Below, one piece after another: positions 8,982 through 19,527 of a stretch of 64,000 bases of DNA. Origin of the DNA: Spirochaetota bacterium (GTDB lineage: Bacteria > Spirochaetota > UBA4802 > UBA5550); NCBI GenBank assembly GCA_963664815.2, contig CAXXHB010000003.1, positions 960,001 through 1,024,000 on the forward strand. Direction: 5' to 3'. The position numbers and the translations under genes were made by a program. Numbering within the stretch: the first letter of the stretch is position 1; every line of letters starts with the position of its first letter. The notes below the pieces were generated by a model. The model was not told where the DNA came from, did no database searches, and saw nothing but the letters and a program-made list of their open reading frames with translations.

Positions 8982-9245
8982 ATGAATACAATTTTTACAA
9001 GAAGAAGTATAAGGAAATATATAGATAAGCCTGTTGAAAAAGAAAAAATTGAAAAGCTGTTGGGGGCCACTATGTAGGCGCCTTCAGCGGCAAGTCAGCA
9101 GCCATGGGAATATATCGTTGTTGATGACAGAGAAATATTAAAAAAATTATCTTTTATGAGTCCGTATTCAAAACCGATCGAATCTGCCGGTGTAGCTTTT
9201 GTTCTCCTTGCTGATAATACCGTTGTCTCAAATCTTCCATCTTAA
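8982..9245 (+). pseudogene. Nitroreductase pseudogene (internal TAG, 3' truncated)
   Basis: Manual translation MNTIFTRRSIRKY...LLGATM*APSAASQQPWEYIVV...SNLPS*; TAG at 9075-9077; only about half of a normal nitroreductase. Confidence 0.8.
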
Positions 9246-9418
9246 AAAAAGATATAATACCGATACCTGAATTAATTTTTTTGATTTATTCTGGTCGAAT
9301 TGATAAAATACTTGGTTTTCATAATATAATTTATTACATAAGAATTTGACTCTTGTTTGTTTCATGTTTATAATAAAACAAAGCTTTCTGTAAAGTGGTT
9401 ATAACCCCAATTGAAACA

Positions 9419-9615
9419 GATAAATTTGCAGAAGATCAGCTCCGGGAGAGTATAAGAGTTATTCTTTCCGGAATTGGGAGCGAAGGGAGTTGGGAACTTA
9501 AAACATTTAAAGAAAAAACAGCACCATCCTCGTGCAGGATAAATTATAAGCAATATCTGGCGGGATACCGCGCAGGGATGTGGAAGCGGTAATTGCGGAT
9601 ATTGCCGCAGATCTT
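9419..9615 (+). pseudogene. Degraded fragment of a CheB methylesterase domain (CheB/CheR-fusion type)
   Basis: AEDQLRESIRVILSGIGSEGSWELKTFKEK, then after a frameshift in the A-run near 9515 NSTILVQDKL*AISGGIPRRDVEAVIADIA; resembles the CheB C-terminal consensus VILSGMGSDG...IKE...VQDP...MPRSA. Confidence 0.6.
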
Positions 9616-9648
9616 GATTTCACGGGAAGAGACCGGAGGGGGTAGATT

Positions 9649-11313
9649 TTGTTCATGAGAAGCGTTGATAAAAGTTTTGAAACCGGAAATCTGAGCGGGA
9701 AAACAGATGATCTGCTGAAAAAGAAATTTACAGTGGCAGCAGAAAAAATGTCTGAAGCAGAGACAATCAGACTTCTCCGTGAATTAGATGTGCGCAGGAC
9801 AGAGCTGGAATTGCAGACCAAAGAGTTGATTAAGGAAAAAAAACTGGTAAAGTCGATTGCTGATAAATATACCGAGTTATACGATTTTGCTCCGACAGGT
9901 TATTACACTCTATCTGATAAAGGTGATATAATTGACCTGAATATTATGGGGTCAAGGCTGATAGGCAAAGAGCGGTCTGGTCTGAAAAACAGAAATTTCG
10001 GATTATTTATTTCTGCAGATACAAGAAATATCTTTAATGTTTTTTTTGAAAAAGTATTTCAAAGCAGCTCAACAGAAACCTGTGAGGTGGCGTTGTCAGT
10101 AAGCGCAGATATGCCGCTCTATATTCAGCTTACAGGCATTGCTGCTGAAGGCAGGCAGCAATGCCTTTTAACTGCAGTTGATATTTCTCTACGCAGGAAA
10201 TCGGAGAAGGAATTTGAAATATACCGCAAACATCTGGAAGAACTTGTACAATGCCGTACAATCGAGTTGTCTGAAAGTGAAACCCGCTACAGGGAGATTA
10301 TAGATTCAATAACTGACTATGTGTACCAGGTAAAAATCGACGGTAATGAGAACACAACAACCATTTATACAGAGAGTTGTTTTCCTGTAACGGGCTATCA
10401 TTCATATGAATTTATGGAAGATCATTTCTTATGGTTAAATATTGTAGCAAAAGAAGACCGGTCAAAGGTTAAAAATTTTATAATTTCCATATACTCGGAA
10501 CAGGGACTGTCTGAAAAAAAAATTGAACATAGAATTGTTCATAAAAACGGATCAATCAGGTGGATTCAGAATAATATAGTTCTTCATAAAGACTCCGACG
10601 GAAAACTGTCGGGTTATGATGGAGTGATAAGTGATATAACCGGAAGAAAAATGTATGAAGAGGAAATCGTAAATCTTAATCAGCATATAATTAAACTTCA
10701 GGAGGAGGAACGGCAAAGAGTGGCACAGGATCTTCATGACAGTGTTGGTCAGTCTTTAATTGCTGCAAAGATGAGTATTGATACGTACAGGCAGGAACCG
10801 GATTATTTCAAAAATCAGCTTGAAGTAGGGCTCTCTTTTCTGGTCAAGGCCAGTCAGGAACTGAGGGAAATCTACACTAACCTCTATCCAACGGTATTGA
10901 ATGATCTCGGTTTTGAAATGGCTGTTAAATGGCTTGTGCACAATACTCTGGAAAAAAATAATATAAAAGCTTTTGTAGATGTAGTGATCACAATCGGTAT
11001 ATCACATGAGATTGAGGTTTGTTTATACAGGATAATTCAGGAGATTATATCGAATATATTAAAACATGCCTCCGCCTCTGTAGTTCATTTGAGTTTAAAC
11101 AGTAATGAAAATCAGTTAAAACTGATTATAAAAGATAATGGAGTAGGGTTTGACCATGAAACAAAAAAAGACGGAATTAATAGATATGGACTGGCAAATA
11201 TTAAAAGCCGTGTTACCAGTTTTAATGGAAAATTTAATATTGAAAGAAACAGGCCGCATGGAACAATTATAAGTATTACTGCTGTTTTTCAGAATTCAGC
11301 CATTCCTGTATGA
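9649..11313 (+). CDS. Cytoplasmic PAS-PAS histidine kinase, HisKA_3 (NarX/UhpB) type
   Basis: ELYDFAPTGY and HRIVHKNGSIRW PAS/PAC motifs; EEERQRVAQDLHDSVGQ H-box; NILKHA, DNGVGF, GLANIKSR. Confidence 0.9.
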   Translation: MFMRSVDKSFETGNLSGKTDDLLKKKFTVAAEKMSEAETIRLLRELDVRRTELELQTKELIKEKKLVKSIADKYTELYDFAPTGYYTLSDKGDIIDLNIMGSRLIGKERSGLKNRNFGLFISADTRNIFNVFFEKVFQSSSTETCEVALSVSADMPLYIQLTGIAAEGRQQCLLTAVDISLRRKSEKEFEIYRKHLEELVQCRTIELSESETRYREIIDSITDYVYQVKIDGNENTTTIYTESCFPVTGYHSYEFMEDHFLWLNIVAKEDRSKVKNFIISIYSEQGLSEKKIEHRIVHKNGSIRWIQNNIVLHKDSDGKLSGYDGVISDITGRKMYEEEIVNLNQHIIKLQEEERQRVAQDLHDSVGQSLIAAKMSIDTYRQEPDYFKNQLEVGLSFLVKASQELREIYTNLYPTVLNDLGFEMAVKWLVHNTLEKNNIKAFVDVVITIGISHEIEVCLYRIIQEIISNILKHASASVVHLSLNSNENQLKLIIKDNGVGFDHETKKDGINRYGLANIKSRVTSFNGKFNIERNRPHGTIISITAVFQNSAIPV

Positions 11314-11649
11314 GTATGCAGATACCGGCAGATAAATGACATCCCCGCTGCAGGAAGTATCAATAGCCGGGTATATTCAAATATTTAACCTCAGTTATTT
11401 AATACTTTCGTAATACCAACTGACTTTTTCGGATCATTACACCTGTTATATTCCGGATAAAATCCGGATAATTACCCAGATTTCAAAATGAAATCTAACT
11501 ATAAAGAAATATAAAACTAATCATTTAGGATTATTGACGTTAGTCATTGTTTTAACTTCCTTGAGATTGAGTGTTAAACTTTTTAGCGTGAAGTGCAGGT
11601 TTTTGTAACGAATAACATTACAATTATTATAAAAAGCAGAAGGTCAACT

Positions 11650-12147
11650 ATGTCATCTATAAGCCAGAAAAAAAAACAGTCAGAGAATACTGAGGATACT
11701 GCTGCACGGCAGTATGTAACTTTTTCCATAAAGGATGAATTATACGGCATTGATGTAAGAAGAGCCCAGGAGGTTATGAATCTTCCGAAGATAACTAAGG
11801 TCCCGAATACAATGCCATTTATGAAAGGTGTAATTGATTTAAGAGGTAAAATTATACCGCTCATAGACATGAGGATTAAATTCAAAATCGAAGAGAAAGC
11901 CTACGATCAGAAAACTGTTATAATAATCATTGAGGTAAAGAAGGTTCTTTGCGGCGTTATCGTTGATTCAGTATCAGATGTTGCAAATATGTCGCTGAAT
12001 GACGTTCAGCATACTCCGCATTTTGCTTCTGAGATTGATAAAGATATGGTCTTCGGCATCGGTAAAATTGGTGAGAAGCTTGTGATTGTACTTGATGTCG
12101 ACAGACTGCTTACAGACGAGGAGCTTCAGCTGATTAAAACTTCATAA
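11650..12147 (+). CDS. cheW: Chemotaxis coupling protein CheW
   Basis: QYVTF, GVIDLRGKIIPLID, GVIVDSV. Confidence 0.9.
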   Translation: MSSISQKKKQSENTEDTAARQYVTFSIKDELYGIDVRRAQEVMNLPKITKVPNTMPFMKGVIDLRGKIIPLIDMRIKFKIEEKAYDQKTVIIIIEVKKVLCGVIVDSVSDVANMSLNDVQHTPHFASEIDKDMVFGIGKIGEKLVIVLDVDRLLTDEELQLIKTS

Positions 12148-12259
12148 TCCGCGTTACGCTCGTATGATGATGGGGCCGAGGAGGCTGCATGAAATCTGGA
12201 TTTTATAAAATGTAACAAATTAAAATTAAAAGTAATATTATAGTCTATGGAGGAACAGG

Positions 12260-15200
12260 ATGTTTAAGAATATGAAGCTGGGATTTAAGATAATCTCTGC
12301 ATTAATGCTGCTGGTCGCTATTGGTGTTATAATTGGTATTACAGGTTTTATCGGTATAACAAATGTAAATAAAAGTCTGGTCGATGTTTCCGAGGTCAAC
12401 CTGCCGAGTATCCAGAATCTGCAGGTTATAAATGAAGCGCAGACAGCTGTTGATGGCGTGGAAAATGCCCTTCTCTCGAGAAATATCACAAATGAAGACC
12501 GTAAAGCATTTATGGATAAATTTATTGAGATAAAAAAACGTGCTGATGACGCACGAAAGATTTATGAACCTCTTCCTCAGGAGGATAAAGAGGCTGTATT
12601 ATGGAAACAGTTTGTGCCTGCATGGGATAAATGGTGGAATGATCATCTTGAATTTGAAAGACTGGCGAAGGTTTATGTCAATGCACCAAGTGATGAGAAC
12701 TATGCAAAAATGAGTTCTCAGGCGCTGACAGTAAATACTCTGTCATTTGCTGTGGCAGAGAAGCTTCTGGGTGAAATAATTAATATAAATATTAAAGCTG
12801 CTGAAAGGGATAAAAAAGAAACCAATGCTTCTGTAGCTTTTTTAAAGTTTCTTCTTATTACTATTATTCTGGTGGGCGCTGCAATATCGGTAATAATAGG
12901 TTTTATTCTCAGCCGTTCTGTAAACAAAATAATAAATGGAATGATTAAAGAGGTAAGTATAATTACCCAGGCTGCAATTGACGGGAAGCTCGACACGCGG
13001 GCAAATACAGAGCGGATAAATTTTGAATTCAGGGCCATTGGCGAGGGGTTGAATAATATACTTGATGCAGTAATCGGTCCCCTGAATGTTGCTGCTGAAT
13101 ACGTTGATAGAATTTCGAAAGGCGATATTCCTGCAAAGATAACAGATACATATCACGGTGACTTTAACGAAATTAAAAATAATCTGAATCAGGTGATTGA
13201 CGCAGTTAGTGAGCTTGTTGCAGATGCCAAACTTCTGGCCAAGGCGGCAGTTGACGGCAAGCTTGATACCAGGGCAGACGCGACAAAACATCAGGGTGAT
13301 TTCGCGGTTATAGTGAAGGGTGTAAACGATACGCTGGACGCGGTTATTGGACCGCTTAATGTTGCGGCTGAATATGTGGACAGGATTTCCCGTGGAGATA
13401 TCCCGCCGAAAATTACAGATACATATAATGGAGATTTCAACGAGATAAAGAATAATCTGAACCAGTGTATTGAAGCTGTGAATCTTCTTGTTGCAGATGC
13501 CAAACTTCTGGCCAAAGCGGCGGTTGACGGCAAACTTGATACCAGAGCCGACGCTACAAAACACCAGGGAGATTTTGCTGCCATAGTGAAGGGTGTGAAC
13601 GATACGCTGGACGCGGTTATTGGACCGCTTAATGTTGCGGCTGAATATGTGGACAGGATTTCCCGTGGCGATATCCCGCCGAAAATTACAGATACATATA
13701 ATGGAGATTTCAACGAGATAAAGAATAACCTGAACCAGTGTATTGAAGCTGTGAACCTTCTTGTTGCAGATGCCAAACTTCTGGCCAAGGCGGCAGTTGA
13801 CGGCAAGCTTGACACCAGAGCCGACGCGACAAAACATCAGGGTGATTTCGCGGTTATAGTGAAGGGTGTAAACGATACGCTGAATGCGGTTATTGGACCG
13901 CTTAATGTTGCGGCTGAATATGTGGACAGGATTTCCCGCGGAGATATCCCGCCGAGAATAACAGATACATATAATGGAGATTTCAACGAGATAAAGAATA
14001 ACCTGAACCAGTGTATTGAAGCGGTGAACCTTCTTGTTGCAGATGCCAAACTTCTGGCCAAGGCGGCAGTTGACGGCAAGCTTGATACCAGAGCAGACGC
14101 GACAAGACATCAGGGTGATTTCGCGGTTATAGTGAAGGGTGTAAACGATACGCTGGACGCGGTTATTGGACCGCTTAATGTTGCGGCTGAATATGTGGAC
14201 AGGATTTCCCGTGGAGATATCCCTCCGAGAATAACAGATACATATAATGGAGATTTCAACGAGATAAAGAATAATCTGAATCAGGCCATTGATGCGGTAA
14301 ATAATCTGGTTAAGGATGCCAATATGTTGTCCAAGGCGGCAGTTGACGGCAAGCTTGACACCAGAGCCGACGCGACAAAACACCAGGGTGATTTTGCTGC
14401 CATAGTGAAGGGTGTAAACGATACGCTTGATGCGGTTATTGGGCCGCTTAATGTTGCAGCCGAATATGTTGATAAAATCTCCAAAGGGGATATCCCTGCG
14501 AAGATTACAGATAATTACAACGGAGATTTTAACGATATAAAGAATAACCTTAATGTCCTGATCGAAGCTATGGATAGTATTACAGTGGTTGCACAGGAGA
14601 TTGCCACAGGAAATCTTATGGTTACAGTAAATGAGAGATCCGCGCAGGATAAGCTGATGCAGGCGCTCAAGAAAATGGTGGCTGATCTTACGACTATTGC
14701 CATTGATGTTCAGAATGCTGCGAATCAGGTCGCAACCGGCAGCGGCGAAATGAGTTCTTCTGCCGAGGAGATGGCTCAAAGCGCAAATGAACAATCCGCC
14801 AGCGTTGAAGAGGTGTCAAGTTCAATGGAGGAGATGAACAGCTCTGTTGTTCAAAATGCAGACAATGCAAAACAGACAGCTGCAATTTCTACAAAGGCGT
14901 CAAAAGATGCGCAGGAAGGGGGAGCTGCTGTTAATGAAACTGTCAAGGCTATGAGGAGTATTGCGGAAAAGATTGCTGTTATAGAAGATATCGCTGCGCA
15001 GACAAATATGCTGGCACTGAATGCCGCTATTGAAGCTGCACGTGCAGGAGATCATGGCAAGGGGTTTGCCGTTGTTGCAGGCGAGGTAAGAAATCTTGCT
15101 GAAAGAAGCGGTAACGCGGCAAAGGAGATAAATAATCTTTCAGTGTCAAGTGTTGAGGTGGCAGAGAGAGCAGGAAAGCTTATTGAAGAGATAGTGCCGC

Positions 15201-15634
15201 AGATCCAGAAAACAGCGGAGCTGATCCAGGAGATAAACGCTTCCAGTTCCGAACAGGCAAACGGCATTACCCAGGTTACTCAGGCTATTGAACAGCTTGA
15301 TAAAGGGATACAGCAGAATGCCGCAGCTACAGAACAGATGGCGTCAACAACCGAGGAACTGCTAAGTCAGGCAGAACAACTTAAAAATTCCGCAGCGTTT
15401 TTTAAAGTAAATAACAGCGGAGCAGGTTCGTCATCTTTTAAATCCTCCGAACATAAGAGCGGATCTGTAAAATCCGCAGCACATGGAGAAACTAAAAAAA
15501 GTGTATTTAAACATAATATTCATTCCACAGATATAAAAGATTTAAACAAGAAACATGGCAATGAGGGATTACACGATGCTGATTCCGGAGTTTCGCTTAA
15601 TTTGAATTCAGATGAAGGGTTTGAAAGGTATTAG
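12260..15634 (+). CDS. Methyl-accepting chemotaxis protein with a four-helix-bundle sensor and a poly-HAMP array
   Basis: Two TMs flanking a periplasmic helical sensor; tandem HAMP units; [30 protein letters not shown] signalling tip. Confidence 0.95.
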   Translation: MFKNMKLGFKIISALMLLVAIGVIIGITGFIGITNVNKSLVDVSEVNLPSIQNLQVINEAQTAVDGVENALLSRNITNEDRKAFMDKFIEIKKRADDARKIYEPLPQEDKEAVLWKQFVPAWDKWWNDHLEFERLAKVYVNAPSDENYAKMSSQALTVNTLSFAVAEKLLGEIININIKAAERDKKETNASVAFLKFLLITIILVGAAISVIIGFILSRSVNKIINGMIKEVSIITQAAIDGKLDTRANTERINFEFRAIGEGLNNILDAVIGPLNVAAEYVDRISKGDIPAKITDTYHGDFNEIKNNLNQVIDAVSELVADAKLLAKAAVDGKLDTRADATKHQGDFAVIVKGVNDTLDAVIGPLNVAAEYVDRISRGDIPPKITDTYNGDFNEIKNNLNQCIEAVNLLVADAKLLAKAAVDGKLDTRADATKHQGDFAAIVKGVNDTLDAVIGPLNVAAEYVDRISRGDIPPKITDTYNGDFNEIKNNLNQCIEAVNLLVADAKLLAKAAVDGKLDTRADATKHQGDFAVIVKGVNDTLNAVIGPLNVAAEYVDRISRGDIPPRITDTYNGDFNEIKNNLNQCIEAVNLLVADAKLLAKAAVDGKLDTRADATRHQGDFAVIVKGVNDTLDAVIGPLNVAAEYVDRISRGDIPPRITDTYNGDFNEIKNNLNQAIDAVNNLVKDANMLSKAAVDGKLDTRADATKHQGDFAAIVKGVNDTLDAVIGPLNVAAEYVDKISKGDIPAKITDNYNGDFNDIKNNLNVLIEAMDSITVVAQEIATGNLMVTVNERSAQDKLMQALKKMVADLTTIAIDVQNAANQVATGSGEMSSSAEEMAQSANEQSASVEEVSSSMEEMNSSVVQNADNAKQTAAISTKASKDAQEGGAAVNETVKAMRSIAEKIAVIEDIAAQTNMLALNAAIEAARAGDHGKGFAVVAGEVRNLAERSGNAAKEINNLSVSSVEVAERAGKLIEEIVPQIQKTAELIQEINASSSEQANGITQVTQAIEQLDKGIQQNAAATEQMASTTEELLSQAEQLKNSAAFFKVNNSGAGSSSFKSSEHKSGSVKSAAHGETKKSVFKHNIHSTDIKDLNKKHGNEGLHDADSGVSLNLNSDEGFERY
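12980..14610 (+). repeat. Six in-frame 273-bp (91-aa) tandem repeats encoding di-HAMP units
   Basis: The DGKLDTRA codons start at 12980, 13253, 13526, 13799, 14072 and 14345 (exact 273-bp period); inner copies are near-identical in DNA. Confidence 0.95.
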
Positions 15635-15845
15635 ATGTTATGCAGGTCAGAAACCGATCGACACAGTTGTTTCTGTACTGCAGGACAGGGCTGATAAGAA
15701 AAGACGTTTTATTAAACAGGCGACGGGATGAAAGAAATTCCTGGTCCCTGCAAAATCCGGTAGATCCGGGGTTGGCAGAGAATCGGGAATTCAAAGCACT
15801 TAGATTGGTTTAATACCGTTAATCTGCAGAATAGTTCAATACAGG

Positions 15846-16400
15846 GTGAATCAGATGGAAGAAATAACAAGAACCGATGAAGAATACATATCAGACATTG
15901 ATTCTGAAAGCGATATGAACGCATCTGCTGCTGTTGATATGGTGCTTTACCTGACTTTTCTGCTGGGCAGAGAGCTGTTTGGCGTAAAGGTCAGCGAAGT
16001 GAGGGAAGTAATTGAATACAAACAGGTTTTTAAAGTACCGAGGGTGCCGGATTATTTAAAGGGTGTAATTAATCTACGGGGAGAAGTTGTACCGGTCATT
16101 GATCTTCATTCCAGGTTTTTCAATACACTATGCACTGTCACAAAAACCACATCTATTGTTATTGTTGAGGTGGATGATGATAACCATAAAATACCAATAG
16201 GCGTTATAATAGATCAGGTAAAGGCTGTTACTGAACTTTATCAAAACAGTATTGAGTCCGTACCGGAGATCGGTAACAAGATCAGATCTGATTATATAGA
16301 GGGGATTGGAAAGGTTGAAGATCAGTTCGTTATTCTTCTGAGGATGCAGAATATACTGAACATAGAGGAGTTGTCAAATATTGATGACAGTGCTGTTTAG
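15846..16400 (+). CDS. cheW: Chemotaxis coupling protein CheW
   Basis: YLTFLLG, GVINLRGEVVPVIDL; start may be ATG 15855. Confidence 0.9.
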   Translation: MNQMEEITRTDEEYISDIDSESDMNASAAVDMVLYLTFLLGRELFGVKVSEVREVIEYKQVFKVPRVPDYLKGVINLRGEVVPVIDLHSRFFNTLCTVTKTTSIVIVEVDDDNHKIPIGVIIDQVKAVTELYQNSIESVPEIGNKIRSDYIEGIGKVEDQFVILLRMQNILNIEELSNIDDSAV

Positions 16401-16414
16401 GCCCGGAGGTTGAG

Positions 16415-16783
16415 ATGACAAAGAAGATATTGATTGTTGATGATTCAAAGGCTATCAGGGAAGCTCTTGTTTATACCTTAAAAAATTCAGGATATGAAGT
16501 AGTTCAGGCATCAAATGGTATTGAGGCTTTGAATTTAATGAAAGAACATTCCATCGGACTTTTTATATCTGATGTCAACATGCCTGAAATGGATGGTATT
16601 GCTCTTCTTAAAAAAATAAAAGAAGATACTGTTTATAAACATGCTCCGGTGATAATGCTTACCACAGAGGCTGGAAGTGATATGATAATCGCTGGGAAAG
16701 AGGCAGGAGCAAGGGCATGGTTAATAAAACCATTCAAGCCGGAAGAACTTATTGAAGCTGTGAAAAAGCTTTTTACAGCATAA
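16415..16783 (+). CDS. cheY: Chemotaxis response regulator CheY
   Basis: Single REC domain: ILIVDDS, SDVNMP, MLTTE, KPF. Confidence 0.9.
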   Translation: MTKKILIVDDSKAIREALVYTLKNSGYEVVQASNGIEALNLMKEHSIGLFISDVNMPEMDGIALLKKIKEDTVYKHAPVIMLTTEAGSDMIIAGKEAGARAWLIKPFKPEELIEAVKKLFTA

Positions 16784-16805
16784 AATCGGAAAGAGAAGGG
16801 AAGTT

Positions 16806-17099
16806 ATGAAACTTAAGATTGTCAGAAAAAAAATGGATAAAGATATTCTTCATTTAACATTTTACGGAGGGATTAATGTATACTCTGTGCCAAAGCTTAA
16901 AGATGTTCTTATTAAAGAATTTGAATTGTGCTCAGAAATCACAATGGATCTTGAAATGATTGATGAAGCAGATACTGCCGGATTCCAGCTTCTGCTATTT
17001 CTGAAGCGCGAGGCAAAAATGGCGGGGAAGATTTTAATGATAACCGGAATGAGCAGCAGGCTCAGGTCGATTTTCACTCTTTATAATGAGACCATATAG
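16806..17099 (+). CDS. STAS-domain (anti-anti-sigma-like) protein
   Basis: 97 aa, MDLEMIDEADTAGFQLL; sits between cheY and cheA. Confidence 0.8.
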   Translation: MKLKIVRKKMDKDILHLTFYGGINVYSVPKLKDVLIKEFELCSEITMDLEMIDEADTAGFQLLLFLKREAKMAGKILMITGMSSRLRSIFTLYNETI

Positions 17100-17113
17100 C
17101 TTGGAGGCACAGC

Positions 17114-19339
17114 ATGGCTGATGAAAACAGTGAGAAGAATTTTAAAAATGTATATTTCAGCGAGAGCCGGGAGCTTCTTGATTCAATGGAGATGTCGTTA
17201 CTGGCACTTGAAAAAGACAGTGAAGATAAAGATTCAATCGACTCTCTGTTCAGGGCTGCCCATACGATTAAGGGTAGTTCGGGCATGTTTGGATTCGGAC
17301 GGATTGGGGATTTTACGCATTTTCTTGAAAGTGTCCTGGTGGGAGTGAGAAATGGAACACTTCCAATAACAACCGAGATGACCGGTCTTCTGCTTGAATG
17401 TCATGATTTTATTCAGATACTCCTTGACCACTATCAGAGCGAGGAGGATCTCCCTCTTGATGCTGAGTCTGAAGACTTGTTTAAAGATCTCATAGATCGC
17501 CTCAACTCATACCTGTCTGTGCCGGGAAAAAGTAAAAATGAAGTAAGCCGGAATACAATTGAAGATAAAATGGCCGGGTCCGATATTCCAGCCGTAATAT
17601 CGGATACCGATGTTGAGGTAATTTCTGTAAATAACGACTGCTGGCATATATCACTGAGATTCGGTAAAAATGTATTTAAAGACGGCCTTGATCCTTATCC
17701 ATTTATAAGTTACCTTGGAGAAAAAGGGGAGATAAAGAGTATAAAGACAGTTTATGAAGATATGCCAACTGGCGGTGGTATGATCGCTGATCTCTGCTAT
17801 CTGGGATTTGAAATGGACTTTTTAAGCAACATAAGTAAAAAAGAGATAGAGGATGTCTTTAGTTTTGTCGCGGGTGACTGCGATATACGGATTCTCCCCC
17901 CTAAAACTAGTCTGGCAGATTATGTTAAACTTATTGAAGCGCTGCCGGAAACTCCTATGAAGATCGGAGAGATGCTGCGTGAGATAGGCTCGCTGACCGA
18001 TGCTGAACTTGCGAAAGCCCTGGAGCTGCAGTCTGACTTGTCTGCAGTCAGGGATAAGGCGCCGGAAGATCTTCTTGTGGGAAATATCCTTGTTGAAGAG
18101 AAGATGGTTCAGAAATATATCCTGGAAGCAGCTCTTGCAAAACAGGAAAATATAAAGAAGAGAGAGGAGAATAACCAGAAACTTATCAGGATAGACGCGG
18201 AAAAGCTCGATCATCTTATAAATCTTATAGGTGAACTTGTAATAACAGGATCTAACGTAAAACAGGTTACTGAATCTGAAGATAAGCTTGGCATAGCTAA
18301 AGCTGTTACGGATATGTCAAAGCTCATTGAAGAGATAAGGGACAGCACTATGGGAATACGGATGGTGCCAATAGGAGAAACATTCAGCAGGTTTGAACGG
18401 GTAGTGCGTGATCTGAGCAGGGAGAGGGGTAAAAAGATTGAACTGAAGATTGTAGGCGGTGAAACTGAACTTGATAAAACAATTATAGACAAGTTGTCCG
18501 ATCCGTTGATACATCTTATAAGGAATTCGGTGGATCATGGGATAGATACACCGGCGGAGAGAGAAAAATCGGGGAAGCCGCCGCTCGGCAGTATTACATT
18601 AACAGCGTATCATGAAACCGGAAACATTGTAATTGAGGTATCGGATGACGGGGAGGGGCTTGACGATGAGAAAATAAGAAATAAGGCAATAGAACAGGGT
18701 CTTGCCAGAGCAGACCAGGTTTACACAAGTGATGAATTATACCACTTTATTTTTCTGCCAGGTTTTTCCACCGCATCAGAGGTGTCAAACATCTCGGGGC
18801 GCGGTGTGGGGATGGATGTTGTAAAGAAGAATATTGAATCATTGCGGGGAAATGTATTTCTTGAAAGTGAAAAGGGTCATGGTACAACTGTAAGAATTCA
18901 TCTGCCGCTGACACTCGCTATAATTGACGGGTTTATGGTCAGGATTGCCTCGTCTTATTATGTACTGGCGCTGGATATGGTAACAGAATGTACTGACTTC
19001 AATATAAAGGAACTCAATTCTAAGGAGGGTGGCAATTACATAGATCTTCGGGGCGATGTTCTCCCGTTTATGAAGATGAGGGAATTTTTCCATGAGCCTG
19101 GAGAAGAGCCGGAAAAACCTAAGGTCGTGGTGGTGGAATACTCAAGGAAAAAATTCGGTCTGGTGGTTGATGACCTTGTGGGGGAATTTCAGACAGTTAT
19201 AAAGCCGATGGGGAAAATATTCAGTAAGCTTCAGTGGTTAAGCGGTTCCACGATACTTGGAACGGGAGAGGTGGCATATATCCTGGATGTGCCTAAACTG
19301 ATAAAAAACGCCAGGAATAAGGAGTTTAATGAATCATAA
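17114..19339 (+). CDS. cheA: Chemotaxis histidine kinase CheA
   Basis: Hpt FRAAHTIKGSS; HLIRNSVDHG; SGRGVGMDVV; LPLTLAI; C-terminal CheW domain. Confidence 0.95.
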   Translation: MADENSEKNFKNVYFSESRELLDSMEMSLLALEKDSEDKDSIDSLFRAAHTIKGSSGMFGFGRIGDFTHFLESVLVGVRNGTLPITTEMTGLLLECHDFIQILLDHYQSEEDLPLDAESEDLFKDLIDRLNSYLSVPGKSKNEVSRNTIEDKMAGSDIPAVISDTDVEVISVNNDCWHISLRFGKNVFKDGLDPYPFISYLGEKGEIKSIKTVYEDMPTGGGMIADLCYLGFEMDFLSNISKKEIEDVFSFVAGDCDIRILPPKTSLADYVKLIEALPETPMKIGEMLREIGSLTDAELAKALELQSDLSAVRDKAPEDLLVGNILVEEKMVQKYILEAALAKQENIKKREENNQKLIRIDAEKLDHLINLIGELVITGSNVKQVTESEDKLGIAKAVTDMSKLIEEIRDSTMGIRMVPIGETFSRFERVVRDLSRERGKKIELKIVGGETELDKTIIDKLSDPLIHLIRNSVDHGIDTPAEREKSGKPPLGSITLTAYHETGNIVIEVSDDGEGLDDEKIRNKAIEQGLARADQVYTSDELYHFIFLPGFSTASEVSNISGRGVGMDVVKKNIESLRGNVFLESEKGHGTTVRIHLPLTLAIIDGFMVRIASSYYVLALDMVTECTDFNIKELNSKEGGNYIDLRGDVLPFMKMREFFHEPGEEPEKPKVVVVEYSRKKFGLVVDDLVGEFQTVIKPMGKIFSKLQWLSGSTILGTGEVAYILDVPKLIKNARNKEFNES

Positions 19340-19380
19340 AGATCTACTGAATGAAAGATTTTATTACTGGTATTATATTG

Positions 19381-19406
19381 AAATGAAGTTTATAAATGAA
19401 GTTTAT
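19381..19406. repeat. 13-bp tandem duplication AAATGAAGTTTAT x2
   Basis: Seen directly in the cheA-response regulator intergenic region. Confidence 0.7.
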
Positions 19407-19527
19407 AAAAGATGTTATTGTCCTTAATGCTGAAACTGATTATGATTTTACGAAGTAAGAGGTGGCATGTATTTTTCGTGTATTGCCATGGAAGTTGGGT
19501 ATATTGAAACTAAACTGGAGGGGGGAG

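Noticed and set aside
9075-9077. In-frame TAG as possible pyrrolysine or stop-codon reassignment
   Set aside because: The gene is also truncated, TAG ends several normal genes here (e.g. at 1277, 15634, 16400), and CAG to TAG is a simple transition
9395-9592. 65-aa ORF as a real small protein
   Set aside because: Better explained as the frameshifted cheB remnant
11450-11480. TCCGGATAA direct repeats upstream of cheW
   Set aside because: CCGG/TCCGGA words are very frequent throughout this window, so chance recurrence is likely
12980-14610. Regular repeats considered as a CRISPR array or DGR template/variable repeats
   Set aside because: Units are contiguous, in-frame and 273 bp long, with no unique spacers; no cas or reverse transcriptase gene is present
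12842-14794. 650-aa antisense ORF (and other nested antisense ORFs) opposite the poly-HAMP MCP
   Set aside because: Shadow of the repeated, codon-biased sense gene; one stop-free repeat unit propagates through all copies; composition is not protein-like
15635-15845. 210-bp gap inside the che cluster with short ORFs on both strands
   Set aside because: No RBS-supported or recognisable ORF and no convincing RNA motif
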